DNA of 55,142 nt, from the IMG/VR virus record IMGVR_UViG_3300020436_000015, positions 1 through 55,142 of that record; one strand, written 5' to 3'. Below the pieces are notes generated by a model. That model ran no database searches, was not told the origin of the DNA, and saw only the letters and a program-made list of their open reading frames with translations. Positions within the stretch are counted from its first letter, which is position 1. Every line of letters starts with the position of its first letter. The position numbers and the translations under genes were made by a program. Below, one piece after another: positions 1-9,832 of this stretch. This DNA is from a virus. Lineage: Duplodnaviria > Caudoviricetes.

Positions 1-92
1 TTCAGAAGCTCTTGCTCCCGCTCAGCCTTGAATGCGGCCACCGCTCCATTATCTACTTCTGTCTTTGGAGTCCTTTGTTCTCTGACAGAGAC
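1..92. repeat. Terminal direct repeat, left copy (circular assembly overlap)
   Basis: Bases 1-92 are identical to 55051-55142 except G77 vs A55127. The repeat lies inside a CDS, so it is an assembly overlap rather than a biological terminus. Confidence 0.95.
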
Positions 93-2525
93 AGCCATTT
101 CTTTTGTCTGGAAAGCCTTTCCCGTAACGCCATCGACAAAGCCAGCCTCGCCTTTTTTCATAAGGCGCTTTGTGCCGTTCTCGTCTACGAAAGAAGTTCT
201 AGCGTCATCTGCTATGAATGGCTGTACATCTAGTTCGCCCGGCGTTTTTGCTCGAATATACGCATCTTCAAAAGACTGACTGCCAATACGATCTATGATG
301 GTGTAGTCACTGCCCTTAGCGATGGGAGTGTTGTACTTCAAAAAGCTCTGTATGCGCCCGTCCGCTGTACGTCCAGCGCCTTCAAATACTCCCTTCTCTT
401 CTATAGCCGTTTGCGTGCTTCGCGGCTTCGCTTTCGAGTCTTCTACAGCGGCACGCTCTGAAATAATGAAATCATCTGCAAGCGTCTCTCTCGCACTGTC
501 GGAGAGTTCGGGCTGTTCTTTTTTTAGCTTTCGCAGGAAAGCGTTACGCTTCCTTACTTCTGTCTTTGTCAGGACTCTTATTGTGCTTTCAGATTGCGAT
601 GCTCCTCGTAGGGCATCTCTAAACTTCTTTAATACTGCGGCACTGATTTCGTCCGAGGGGGATGTGACCCCGGCCATTCGCGCATTAGCCTCTGTCAGAG
701 ACCTTATGACACTGGGGTTAAAGTCGCTTTCGGCTATTTCCTTAAACTGTCCAGTATCTTCTAGCCACGCCACCATGGTTTCGACATCCCTGTCCAAGCG
801 AACAGGGTCAACGGTCGCAACCTCCCCTTCTGGAGTGGTTTCCACTGGTGTGGCATCGGGTTCTTCTGCGACAGTAGGAGAGGGTTCTGCTTCTGCTTCA
901 AGGCGCTCCGCTGTCTTTATCCGCTCAATATCGGAGATGGACTGCTTGACCATCTGCCCCTTCTTTCCTACGGCTACCCTGCCGTCCGATATAAGCTGAG
1001 CTATTTCTTCGTCAGTTATTTCTAGCTTTGCTCTTAGCTCAGCCAACGCCTGCTTAGTGGAGTCTCTTGAATACTTGAGCGCATCTTCTAGTGGAGAGGT
1101 AGTAGTAGACCCCCCCTCTCCCTCAACCGCTCCCGTAGGAGGAGTCTCGGCTTCTGGGGTGAGAGGAGGGGTCTGATCTGGTGCGTCCCCTTCTGGTGCG
1201 TCCGGCCCCTCCGGTGCGCCTCCTTCTGGTGCATCTGGGGCTTCGGCATCTGGGTCTGCCAGCTTGTTTGCTGATGATTGGTCTTCTAACAGCTTTATCG
1301 AATCGTCAAAGTTTTTACCCGCGTCGGCTACAGCATTATCAACTGCTAGGGTGTCTTCTTCTCGAAGAGCGCGATTAAAGAGTCTTCGGTATTCGCTGTA
1401 TGCGTTCTCGAAGTTTGCCCTTCTGTTAGCGGCCAGTTGTTGCTTGGGCAGGTCATTTGACTGCTCAAGAATCCTTATTTGCTCGCTTTCGTTTGCTAGT
1501 CGGCCCCTAAACTCTCTGAGCCTAGCCAGCATGTTTACTTCTCTTCTGTGCTCTCCGATGACATCCGCGTCAACGTCGCCTTCTATGGCCTCGTCCAGAT
1601 TCCTTCTGCTGTCATTGAGAAGTCTTTCGATCTGTTCCAGTTCTTCTGCTTCAGTAAGCGCCTGTCTTGTTGGCAGGAAGTCGTCGTCCGCTTCTGGTAT
1701 TGCAAGAGAGCCTTTGTTTTCTCGCATGTCTTCAAGAAGAAGCTGTTCGTTTCTGGCTGTTTCTTCTGCCAGTAAGCCTCTTCCGCCAGCGCGATCAGCA
1801 CGCATCTGGCGAATGCCGCCAAATGCACCACCGACAGCACCAACTCCTGCACCCACGGGGATTCCGATACCCGCGCCAATCGCGGTTTGTCCCGCCAATC
1901 TTCCGGTGGAAAACTCGTCCTGTACGCCAAGGTTCTTGTCTCTGACCTGCATGGCGGCATCGTGTACACCGCCAGCCAGAGCGCCAATCGCCATCTCCTG
2001 CTTAACGCCTGTCTTTACGCCCGCTTTTATGGCCTCTGACGTAGTGTTTTTTCCAGCCGCGTATGCCGCACGAGCCGCTCTAGCACCAGCTTGTGTCGCT
2101 CCGTAAGCCGGATACAGGAAGTTAATTGGGTCTGCCGCCGCCGCTAGCGCGCCCTGACCAACGCCAGCCCAGCCTCTACCGCCCTGCTCCCAAGGATTAG
2201 GGAACTGGTTGTATAGCTGATTGAGTCTTGCGCTACGATTTTGTTGCTCTGGAGAGTAGCCGGAACTGCGAACCGCCTCTTTTACTGCGCCAGCGGTGTT
2301 GAAGTTAGTCCAGACTTGGCCACTAAAGAACCTGTCTCTGACCTCATCATCTGTAAGAAAGGCGCTTTCGCCGTTTTCTTCCAGAAAATCCCGCATGTCC
2401 GTCAAAAAACCGGGGTCATAAAGGGCTTGGTTGGGGTCTATATCTAGGTAGGTCGATCCGTTTGTGGGTGCATCTGTATCAGCAGACTGATCGTCACCGA
2501 AATTAGGACGGATTCCGTAGGCCAT
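1..2525 (-). CDS. N-terminal part (about 830 aa) of giant internal virion/ejection polyvalent protein; continues across the circular junction into 47853..55091 (about 3240 aa total)
   Basis: ATG at 2525 with GGAG RBS, reading MAYGIRPNFGDDQ. It is absent from the ORF track because it runs off the edge without a stop, and it is in frame with the codon at 41 = 55091. Contains DPINFL, a Gly/Ala zipper (GAGIGIPVGAGVGAVGGAFGG) and an acidic Pro-rich linker. Confidence 0.85.
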   Translation of the reverse strand, partial: MAYGIRPNFGDDQSADTDAPTNGSTYLDIDPNQALYDPGFLTDMRDFLEENGESAFLTDDEVRDRFFSGQVWTNFNTAGAVKEAVRSSGYSPEQQNRSARLNQLYNQFPNPWEQGGRGWAGVGQGALAAAADPINFLYPAYGATQAGARAARAAYAAGKNTTSEAIKAGVKTGVKQEMAIGALAGGVHDAAMQVRDKNLGVQDEFSTGRLAGQTAIGAGIGIPVGAGVGAVGGAFGGIRQMRADRAGGRGLLAEETARNEQLLLEDMRENKGSLAIPEADDDFLPTRQALTEAEELEQIERLLNDSRRNLDEAIEGDVDADVIGEHRREVNMLARLREFRGRLANESEQIRILEQSNDLPKQQLAANRRANFENAYSEYRRLFNRALREEDTLAVDNAVADAGKNFDDSIKLLEDQSSANKLADPDAEAPDAPEGGAPEGPDAPEGDAPDQTPPLTPEAETPPTGAVEGEGGSTTTSPLEDALKYSRDSTKQALAELRAKLEITDEEIAQLISDGRVAVGKKGQMVKQSISDIERIKTAERLEAEAEPSPTVAEEPDATPVETTPEGEVATVDPVRLDRDVETMVAWLEDTGQFKEIAESDFNPSVIRSLTEANARMAGVTSPSDEISAAVLKKFRDALRGASQSESTIRVLTKTEVRKRNAFLRKLKKEQPELSDSARETLADDFIISERAAVEDSKAKPRSTQTAIEEKGVFEGAGRTADGRIQSFLKYNTPIAKGSDYTIIDRIGSQSFEDAYIRAKTPGELDVQPFIADDARTSFVDENGTKRLMKKGEAGFVDGVTGKAFQTKEMAVSVREQRTPKTEVDNGAVAAFKAEREQELL

Positions 2526-2557
2526 GGTTAGCTCCAGCTAAAGAATGACAAGCCCTG

Positions 2558-2589
2558 AGTCTAACCCTTTATTTGTCTGGGGGTCGTCC
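2558..2589 (-). promoter_or_regulatory. Putative late promoter GGACGAC-N19-TAGACT
   Basis: Intergenic, upstream of the giant gene. Same motif and spacing at five other late-gene starts. Confidence 0.65.
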
Positions 2590-2592
2590 TGC

Positions 2593-2805
2593 CTAAGCCC
2601 AATAATTGTGTGTGTTTACAATGGTTACGGACTCGATTCTGCCGCTCTGATTGTAGACAACGGTGACCTCGCTGGTCTGCTTGTAGAGGTTTTGGAGAGA
2701 AGGCTCTATGGCAGGGACTACTAGCTTGGAGGTGACGTGCTTCTGGGTATAAGAAATCGGATGCTCGGCCAGACCGTTCATGGAATGTATGGCTAGTTCT
2801 GTCAC
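2593..2805 (-). CDS. Hypothetical protein (70 aa)
   Basis: GTG start overlaps the upstream stop (GTGA) and the ORF fills the gap in the operon. Confidence 0.6.
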   Translation of the reverse strand: MTELAIHSMNGLAEHPISYTQKHVTSKLVVPAIEPSLQNLYKQTSEVTVVYNQSGRIESVTIVNTHNYWA

Positions 2806-5177
2806 TGCCTTTGTATCTGGCGAACTACTGAGCCAAGAAGCTCCTCAGTGGTGTACTGGCTTCTTCTGTTAGCTATGTCACCCTGACTCAAGTCTTGGCC
2901 AAGCTGGTACTTACTGCTTATCTCATCCCAGCTAATGTCTGGATTTTTCATATCAGCAATAAGAGCAAACGCTGTTTCTGGAGTTGAAACGCCAAGCCTA
3001 TAGACAATGTTATTGCGATTGTTGGAGTCAAGAAGCTGGGTCTTTTTATCTTGAGCGTTGTTTACCTGCTGAACAGACAAGAATCTGTCGTCGCCTCTAC
3101 CTGTAAAGGCTCTCATTTCTTCAAAGACAGGTTGCACAAAGCCCCCCGGCATCTGAATAGGAACAAATCTTTCTTCGGCTATTTCTCCACCAGACTGAAT
3201 ATCAAGCACGCTATCTATCAAGCTCAAGTTTCTGTCTATGGACTGAGTAATTCTTTCGCTCTGCTGGTTCAGAGGTATCTGATCCATAGCCGCGATTTCT
3301 TCGTTGGAGTACCTAACCAGATCGTTCGCTACAACCGCCCCGCTATTCAAAGCCTGAGTCACTTCTTCAGCCATTCTTTGCACTTCCTGTGCATACGGGG
3401 ATATAGACTCTGCAAAACTTCCGCTAATTTGAGCGGCAAAATCTTCTGGCGCTCTCTGTAGCGCCCATTTGGGTTGGGCGTTATATTGATCTTGCGCGGC
3501 CCTAGACACTCTCAGAGCAACATCTTGTTGTTGCATCTGGAACATCTGAATAAGTCTTGACGCCTGATCTATGTTTCCAGAGTCAATCGCCATCCTTATC
3601 CTGTCTACAACGGGCTTAAAGTCCTGCTCTACCATTTCTCTGGTTTCAGCTACTTCCCTTTCAATGGTATCTGTTGGGCGTTCAACCCGATAAACCCTGT
3701 TACGTTCCTCTGTGGATTGCTGGAGCAGGTCAACCCGTCCAGACATGTCTGGAACCTGATAGTCCTGCATTGTCTGCCTAAATGCTCGGGCAAGCTCGTT
3801 TACGTCGTCACCATCTAGCTCGCCGCTAAGGTCTCTGCCACGCATGTAAGTTTCTCGGAAAGCATTCAATGCAGACCTGTATGCAGGCGAGCTAGTATCA
3901 AACTCGTCTCTGCTCATAGTTGCGACAATCGCTTTAGCAAGGCTCTCGTTGCCAGTAGCGTTTTGAACAGAGCTAACCAGCTTATCTTTATTGTCGTTTA
4001 ATGCGGCAGTTGTCAGACCCGGAACTTGGTTGCGGATTTCTTGCCTTCTGTCTTCGGCGCTTTCTTCCAGCTTGTTCTTTGCCACGTCAAAATACTGGTC
4101 GTATATTTCTTTAAGAACAGGGCTGTCAGTAGGTATGCTTTGTCCCTCGTCAAGACCAAATGCATCTTGTAACTCCTGCGGCGTAAGGCGAGTCTCCAGT
4201 TGCATTGCAAGAGTTTGCAGAGCGTCGTTTTTATCTTCTAAGATTGCCCTCTGAACGGCCTCGTTGGAGAACATCGAGTCTATTTGTGTGGCCAGTTTGC
4301 CTTTAGCCGCCCGCGTGCGTTCCTCTTCTTCTCTGGCTTTTCTTTGAGTGTATGCATCTAACTGCGGCTGGATTTCTTCAAGTTCAAATCCCTTTCTTCC
4401 TGTCGCGCTTTGCAACTGTCTTCCCGCCATAGCGTTAAACGCATCAAGCGCCACCTTTGGATCGACATCGGGGAATTTGTCCAAGTACGACTCAAACCGA
4501 TCAACATAGTTCATTCTAATTTCATCTGCGGCCAGAAGGGCATTCTGTTCTGCGTTGGATATAAGCGTCTGAATATCTGCGTCAGGCATTATAAGATTTG
4601 GAAACCTTGACCTTATGTTTTCGACGGTCACGTTCCCATCAAGACTGCCAATGTATGAGTCTACTTGAGGTTGCATTTCGGCCATTCTGGCTTGAAGCAC
4701 ACTGCTTCTCTTGGCTTCTGTAAGGTTGACCAGAGGGTCTGTTCCATACATATCTTGAAAAGCCGCAGGATCGTAGTCTGCTCTGTTGATTCCCAATGCT
4801 CCCAAGAAGGCGTCCTGATCTCCTGTCAGAGAATCTGTTGAACCAAGAAACCTTTGAGAAGAATCGCCAAACTGGTCTGCCAGCCTGAGCTTCTGCATGG
4901 CTTCTTCCATGCGCGTCAACTGCTCGTCTTTTTCCTGTCTTTCTGCGTTCTCGTTGGCAAGCCTGCGAAGCAGGTTGTCTGACGCCACGCCGCCACGCAG
5001 GTAGTTCTCGCCAAAGTCTAGCTGGGAGTCAATAAAGTTTTGATAATCTTCGTAGGTGGCATAAGGATTGTTCTTCTTATACTGCTCGAACGCTTGAGCA
5101 AGCTCGCTTCTACGACGACGAACTTCTCCGCGAGCATCTCTAAAAGCATCGTAAGCATATCCTGTAAACATCGACAT
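2802..5177 (-). CDS. Putative internal virion (ejection) protein, 791 aa
   Basis: Long helical Q/E/A-rich ORF located between the tail genes and the giant protein, as in podovirus ejection modules. Confidence 0.65.
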   Translation of the reverse strand: MSMFTGYAYDAFRDARGEVRRRRSELAQAFEQYKKNNPYATYEDYQNFIDSQLDFGENYLRGGVASDNLLRRLANENAERQEKDEQLTRMEEAMQKLRLADQFGDSSQRFLGSTDSLTGDQDAFLGALGINRADYDPAAFQDMYGTDPLVNLTEAKRSSVLQARMAEMQPQVDSYIGSLDGNVTVENIRSRFPNLIMPDADIQTLISNAEQNALLAADEIRMNYVDRFESYLDKFPDVDPKVALDAFNAMAGRQLQSATGRKGFELEEIQPQLDAYTQRKAREEEERTRAAKGKLATQIDSMFSNEAVQRAILEDKNDALQTLAMQLETRLTPQELQDAFGLDEGQSIPTDSPVLKEIYDQYFDVAKNKLEESAEDRRQEIRNQVPGLTTAALNDNKDKLVSSVQNATGNESLAKAIVATMSRDEFDTSSPAYRSALNAFRETYMRGRDLSGELDGDDVNELARAFRQTMQDYQVPDMSGRVDLLQQSTEERNRVYRVERPTDTIEREVAETREMVEQDFKPVVDRIRMAIDSGNIDQASRLIQMFQMQQQDVALRVSRAAQDQYNAQPKWALQRAPEDFAAQISGSFAESISPYAQEVQRMAEEVTQALNSGAVVANDLVRYSNEEIAAMDQIPLNQQSERITQSIDRNLSLIDSVLDIQSGGEIAEERFVPIQMPGGFVQPVFEEMRAFTGRGDDRFLSVQQVNNAQDKKTQLLDSNNRNNIVYRLGVSTPETAFALIADMKNPDISWDEISSKYQLGQDLSQGDIANRRSQYTTEELLGSVVRQIQRQ

Positions 5178-5200
5178 AATTAAAAATCCAAGTTAAGCCG

Positions 5201-6760
5201 CTAGAAGGCTGGCCCACCAATGTCTGGCACACTGCTACCGCTCGACCCTAAATTTTTAAAGAAATTCCCAAGGTCACTGCCAAAGTCGGGGTATGCCTCA
5301 TCAAACAATCTTCCAGCACTCATACCGTAATTAAATAGGTCGGACATAGCTCTTCCTGCTTGTCCTGCCGCCGCTATACCTGCATCGTTGTAGGCGTTAA
5401 ATCTATTCGTAGAACCTTGAAGCATGTCACCAAATACGCCGCCAGCGACACCTCCGTATGCAGACGGAGCGGACAGATTGTCCATGGTATATGGAGCCAT
5501 AACCGCAGACTCAATACCTGCCAGATTGCGGAATATCGACGGGCTAAGGCGTGTCCCATAACGCGCCATGCCACTTCCAAGGTTTCGATAATCTGACGTT
5601 TGCGCGGTGGGCAGGCGCATATTTGTAGGCCCGACCCCGCTGACCAAGTTTCGGTCATAGATGCCAGACTTGATGTTGCCAAGCAGGTTGTACGCGCCTG
5701 TGCCGCTTCTTACCTGCGGCAGTCTCAGCATTTCTGGTAGGCCAGCAGAGTAGACATCACGAAGCTCTCCGAGTATTTGTCCTCTTTGAGCGTTGCGTGC
5801 ATTTACATTAGTGGCCAAGGAGTCTGTCCTGCCGCTAATGTATTTCAAGGCGTCGTCGTATGCCCTGTCTCTTGCGTCTTGGTACTGGTCTGCCAGACGT
5901 GCCGCTATGTCGCCGCGCTTCTGTGTGGCGGCGGTTCCTGTATCCATGCCTCGACGTATAAGGTCTGCCTCTCCTACGCTGGCAACAGCCTGCGCCGCCC
6001 TGTCTACGTCTTGCTGGTATTGCGCAGATCGTCGGCCAATCTCTTGGTCGATCATCTCTGGAGTCAGGCTCGGCAACTCAGCCATTGGGCCAAGGTCGCC
6101 TTGGGCCTGCCTCAAGGCTCCTTGCAAGTCATATATAGAGCCAGCAATCTCGTTTCTCTGCGCTAGGTCTAACGCTCTTTCTTGGTTGTACTGATCCCTA
6201 GCGCCTTCAAATTGACTGATTAAGAAGTCGCGCTCAATTTCTGCCTTGGCTTGATTCTGGAGAAAGAAACGCAGGTCTTGGTCTCTTTCGCCCTCGGCAA
6301 TAGCTTGCGCTCTTTCTAGCTGTTGCTGAACAAAATCTCTTTCTTCTTGGGCAAGTTGCTGGTTCCGAAGGATGTTCTGTAGCTGAAAAGCCTGTATCCG
6401 CGCGGCTTCTCTGTCTTCAGCTATCTGTCTTTCTATCTGTGCTTGCCTGTCTTCCTGTAGGAAGATGCGGTCTCGCTCGGCCTCGTCTATAAGATACTGG
6501 CGTTGTTGCGCTTGGATTATTCTGTTTAGTCTTTCTATTTCTGCGCGGCGTGCGTTTTCCTCAACCAGATAGTCGAAAGACGTTTGCTGAAACGCCATCT
6601 GCTGATCGGCAAGTTCTTTTTGATCTGCGGCTATCTCTCGCTGTAGCTCAAGCTCTTGTTGTGCAAGCTCGAACTGTTGCTTAGATGCGGCCTTGGCATC
6701 TTTTCTAGCTCGGTTGCTGAGAAACGCCCCAGCTACAGTTCCGACTATTTCTCCAAACAT
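5201..6760 (-). CDS. Putative internal virion/DNA pilot (ejection) protein, 519 aa
   Basis: Hydrophobic Gly/Ala N-terminus (MFGEIVGTVAGAFLS) followed by a long Q/E coiled coil, typical of pilot/ejection proteins. Confidence 0.65.
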   Translation of the reverse strand: MFGEIVGTVAGAFLSNRARKDAKAASKQQFELAQQELELQREIAADQKELADQQMAFQQTSFDYLVEENARRAEIERLNRIIQAQQRQYLIDEAERDRIFLQEDRQAQIERQIAEDREAARIQAFQLQNILRNQQLAQEERDFVQQQLERAQAIAEGERDQDLRFFLQNQAKAEIERDFLISQFEGARDQYNQERALDLAQRNEIAGSIYDLQGALRQAQGDLGPMAELPSLTPEMIDQEIGRRSAQYQQDVDRAAQAVASVGEADLIRRGMDTGTAATQKRGDIAARLADQYQDARDRAYDDALKYISGRTDSLATNVNARNAQRGQILGELRDVYSAGLPEMLRLPQVRSGTGAYNLLGNIKSGIYDRNLVSGVGPTNMRLPTAQTSDYRNLGSGMARYGTRLSPSIFRNLAGIESAVMAPYTMDNLSAPSAYGGVAGGVFGDMLQGSTNRFNAYNDAGIAAAGQAGRAMSDLFNYGMSAGRLFDEAYPDFGSDLGNFFKNLGSSGSSVPDIGGPAF

Positions 6761-6762
6761 TT

Positions 6763-9700
6763 TTAGCTACCAAATCTAACTGTTGGTAAAGCGTAAGGGT
6801 TTGCCGCGTACTGCCCACCTTGGCTCAGTGCTGTCGGCATGTAACCTTGCGACATTGCGTATGCTCTGTCTGCTTCCTCCTTGCTCATGAATGGGTTGTA
6901 CGCTCTGCCACCAAAGCCTGTTGGCATGCTGGTTGTGTAGCCCGGATCGCCTTGCGCGTAAACTCCACGCATGTCTCCACGCCTACCTTCAATCAGAGCG
7001 ATAAGCTGATCTATTTCATCGAAGGCTTGCTGGGCATCGTATAGCTCTACCTGATCCCTGTAGTCCATCAACTCGCTTTCATAGTCGTCTAGGTCAGAAA
7101 GATTGTAGAACTTCTTGGTTCTAAACTTTCTAATCTTGTCTGCGGCCTGTTTTTCAAGGTCTTTGCGGTAGTCTTTGAGTTCTTGCAGTTTGTCTTGCAC
7201 ACTCTTGCCCCGTTCTTTGAGGCGATTTCGTATTGTTTCAAGGGCTTCATCGTTACCAGTAAAGCCTTCGAGTCTGTCTTGTATGCCAAGAAGCCTGTCT
7301 CCGAAGCCGCGTATTGCGTCTTCGTCGTAAAGGTTTGTGCCTTCAAGAAGTTCTCTAAAGCTCTGTATGGTTTCTCCATCAGTACCCATGCTCGCGTCTT
7401 CTGGCAAGAAGTCGGAAAGAATGCTGGCAAGCTCGTTTTCCCTTCTAGTTTTTAGGCCAGTAAGTATGCCTTGAATCCCGCCTTCTCCCGAGAGAAGAGC
7501 GTTCAAGTTGGTCATATCTCCCGTGTAACCGCCTATCCCGCCGAAACCGGACACACTGTCTGAAAGAGCGCTGAACTGTCTTTGTAACTGATTAAGAAGT
7601 TGCCCTGACCTAAAATCTCCTGACTCTGCTCTGTTAATTAGCTGTCTCGCAAGGTCTTCGTAACTTCTGACATTAGAATCAACACTTGCTTTTGCTTGCT
7701 CGAAGTTGCCAAAGTATTGCTCAAGCATTTTCTGCACGGCATCGGCGCTAGTCATGGCTCCAGACTCGTTAGGGTCATAGAGGCCGCGAGCAATTAAAGG
7801 AGATATGGCTGTTGCAAGATCGCCGCGTGCAAAGGACAGATCATCCGCAAACTCGCGTATTTGTTCTATGTTTGAAAAGTCATAGTCACCAGAAGTTATT
7901 GCCTGATAGGCTTCCCCTGCTTCGGTTGTTATAGCGTCTCTCAGTTCATTTAACCTAGCTAATTCTGTGTCGTACTGCTGTTGGAATCCGGGGCTGTCAA
8001 ATCCTTCTGTCTCTGGATCATCAAAGCCGATAATTCTGTTTAGCTGGTCTTGAAGCTGTGTCCGTATTGCGGCAACTTGCTCTGGCGTATAGTTCTGGTT
8101 AAAGACAGCATTGTCTGACTGAGCATCCAGCGCGGCAATGGCCGCTTCTAGCTGGTTCCTAGTTTGATTGATTTGGTCTACGTCGTAGTAATTTACCGCG
8201 TCTAGGTTGCTAGCCTGCAAAGTACCCTCTTGGCCCAAGGCGTCATAGAGGTTAGAAAGTCTTGTGTTTTCTGCGTCTCTGGCCTCGTTCAGCGGGTCTA
8301 GCAGACCCATAAGCCTAGCCCTTCTGGCAAGAATGTCATCCATGTCGAACTCGGTTAGACCAGCGCGATCAAACCTTGGGTCTATCTCTACTACGTTGCC
8401 TTCTGCGTCGGTGTATGAACGGAGGAAGTTTGGCCCACCACGCTCAGCAAGCTGTTGATAAGTTTGATACAAGTCTAAGGCGTCTGCCTCACTGCCAAGT
8501 TGGGCGTAGATATTTTCGTTTATATCTGTCGTAGGATCGTCGTAAAAGTCTTCGATACCTAGCGTGTCCGTGTTGTCAAACGGGTTCACGCCTTGAGCTA
8601 CGGCAAGTGCATACTCGTTGAACGAGTCTCCAAAATCTTGGTACTGCTCGTTGAACTGATTGGTCAGGAAGTTGAAGTTTTCGCTACGGATTTGGTTGAT
8701 AGCATTTGCAACATCCAAGGTAATCAGTGCCGGATCAGCCGCCGCAACCATGTCATTAAATGTCTGTCGATCCATGTCGCCAGCTTGATAAGCGACTAAA
8801 GCGTCAACAAGCGCATTTGTTTCTTCTACAACCGCAGGGTCTTCAGTAGAAACGGTGTCTCCTTCTGCATTTGTAGTTGTAGCTCCAGTTCCGGCAGTTG
8901 TTACAGTGTCCTGACTGCCGACTCCGGTAGTTACATCTGCACCTACCGTTCCCAGTTCAAGGTCTAAATCTCCATCAACACCTTCTGCACCTGCCAGATA
9001 GTCAAAAGCAGAACCGTCAACAAAGCCTTCAGCGGGGTTAAAAAGAGGGCCGGTAACAGCGTCACTACCTTTTCCGGTAAAACCCGTGTCTACGGTATTT
9101 ACTGCGGTGTTTACTACGGCGTCTGTAAATGCACTGCCTGTGTCTACTGCGGCGGGTACAGTCTCTTCATCAACTGACGTTCCGCCAATCGGAGTGCCAG
9201 CATTTAAAGCGTTCAAATATGCCGCCCCGCCAAGAGAGTCTGGGTTCAAGGCCGCGTTACCTGTCAGGTCTGCCAAGGTAGCTGTTCCTTGGCCAAGCAA
9301 TTCTGTAACTGCCTCTTGATCTGCCGTGTCTAGATTGGCGAAGTAGTCGTCGTCCAAGATTACATTAACGTCTTGGGTCTGATTCCCCATACCTGCGGGG
9401 AAATTTGCGCCCATAAAGTTGTAGCCAAAGCCACCTCTTCCACCTCTTCCGAATGCGTTAGGGTTGAATCCTTCTCCAAAGGGGCCACCGACTAGATCGG
9501 TAAAGGTGTTGTAGGTGAGGCTAATGTTTCCATCCGGCGTCATATAGGCTGGCACTTCTTGAGTTCCGGGGGCGACCACACCAGAAAGACCAGCAAGGGC
9601 GTTGGCTTGCGCGCTTGAAATGGCCGTGTCCATGTTCAAAGGCCCGACAAAACTGCCGAAGTTGCTCATGGTGTTTGGCTGATCCACTGAGGTTTCTCCG

Positions 9701-9822
9701 CCAACAGAGTTACTGAGGTAGTTGTTAAGAGCACTCGTTTCGCCAGTACCGCTAGGCTGTCCGAAGTTCATAAACGGACTGAAATCAAACTCGCTTGTAA
9801 GATATTGACTACCAAAGGCCAT
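6763..9822 (-). CDS. Large acidic putative virion/ejection protein, 1019 aa
   Basis: Long ORF with a GGAG RBS, low-complexity G/T/D N-terminal half and coiled-coil C-terminal half, in the structural operon. Confidence 0.6.
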   Translation of the reverse strand: MAFGSQYLTSEFDFSPFMNFGQPSGTGETSALNNYLSNSVGGETSVDQPNTMSNFGSFVGPLNMDTAISSAQANALAGLSGVVAPGTQEVPAYMTPDGNISLTYNTFTDLVGGPFGEGFNPNAFGRGGRGGFGYNFMGANFPAGMGNQTQDVNVILDDDYFANLDTADQEAVTELLGQGTATLADLTGNAALNPDSLGGAAYLNALNAGTPIGGTSVDEETVPAAVDTGSAFTDAVVNTAVNTVDTGFTGKGSDAVTGPLFNPAEGFVDGSAFDYLAGAEGVDGDLDLELGTVGADVTTGVGSQDTVTTAGTGATTTNAEGDTVSTEDPAVVEETNALVDALVAYQAGDMDRQTFNDMVAAADPALITLDVANAINQIRSENFNFLTNQFNEQYQDFGDSFNEYALAVAQGVNPFDNTDTLGIEDFYDDPTTDINENIYAQLGSEADALDLYQTYQQLAERGGPNFLRSYTDAEGNVVEIDPRFDRAGLTEFDMDDILARRARLMGLLDPLNEARDAENTRLSNLYDALGQEGTLQASNLDAVNYYDVDQINQTRNQLEAAIAALDAQSDNAVFNQNYTPEQVAAIRTQLQDQLNRIIGFDDPETEGFDSPGFQQQYDTELARLNELRDAITTEAGEAYQAITSGDYDFSNIEQIREFADDLSFARGDLATAISPLIARGLYDPNESGAMTSADAVQKMLEQYFGNFEQAKASVDSNVRSYEDLARQLINRAESGDFRSGQLLNQLQRQFSALSDSVSGFGGIGGYTGDMTNLNALLSGEGGIQGILTGLKTRRENELASILSDFLPEDASMGTDGETIQSFRELLEGTNLYDEDAIRGFGDRLLGIQDRLEGFTGNDEALETIRNRLKERGKSVQDKLQELKDYRKDLEKQAADKIRKFRTKKFYNLSDLDDYESELMDYRDQVELYDAQQAFDEIDQLIALIEGRRGDMRGVYAQGDPGYTTSMPTGFGGRAYNPFMSKEEADRAYAMSQGYMPTALSQGGQYAANPYALPTVRFGS

Positions 9823-9832
9823 AATTTGCTCC

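Noticed and set aside
1-92. Terminal repeat as a biological DTR
   Set aside because: It lies mid-gene and is better explained by assembler overlap on a circular or permuted genome.
1180-1255. Short imperfect repeats (GGTGCGTCC..TTCTGGTGC)
   Set aside because: They encode a DAPEG-type low-complexity linker in the giant protein, not an array or DGR repeat. No reverse transcriptase is present.
322-2106. Plus-strand ORFs 322..999 and 1264..2106
   Set aside because: Ser-rich antisense shadows of the minus-strand giant gene, without RBS support.
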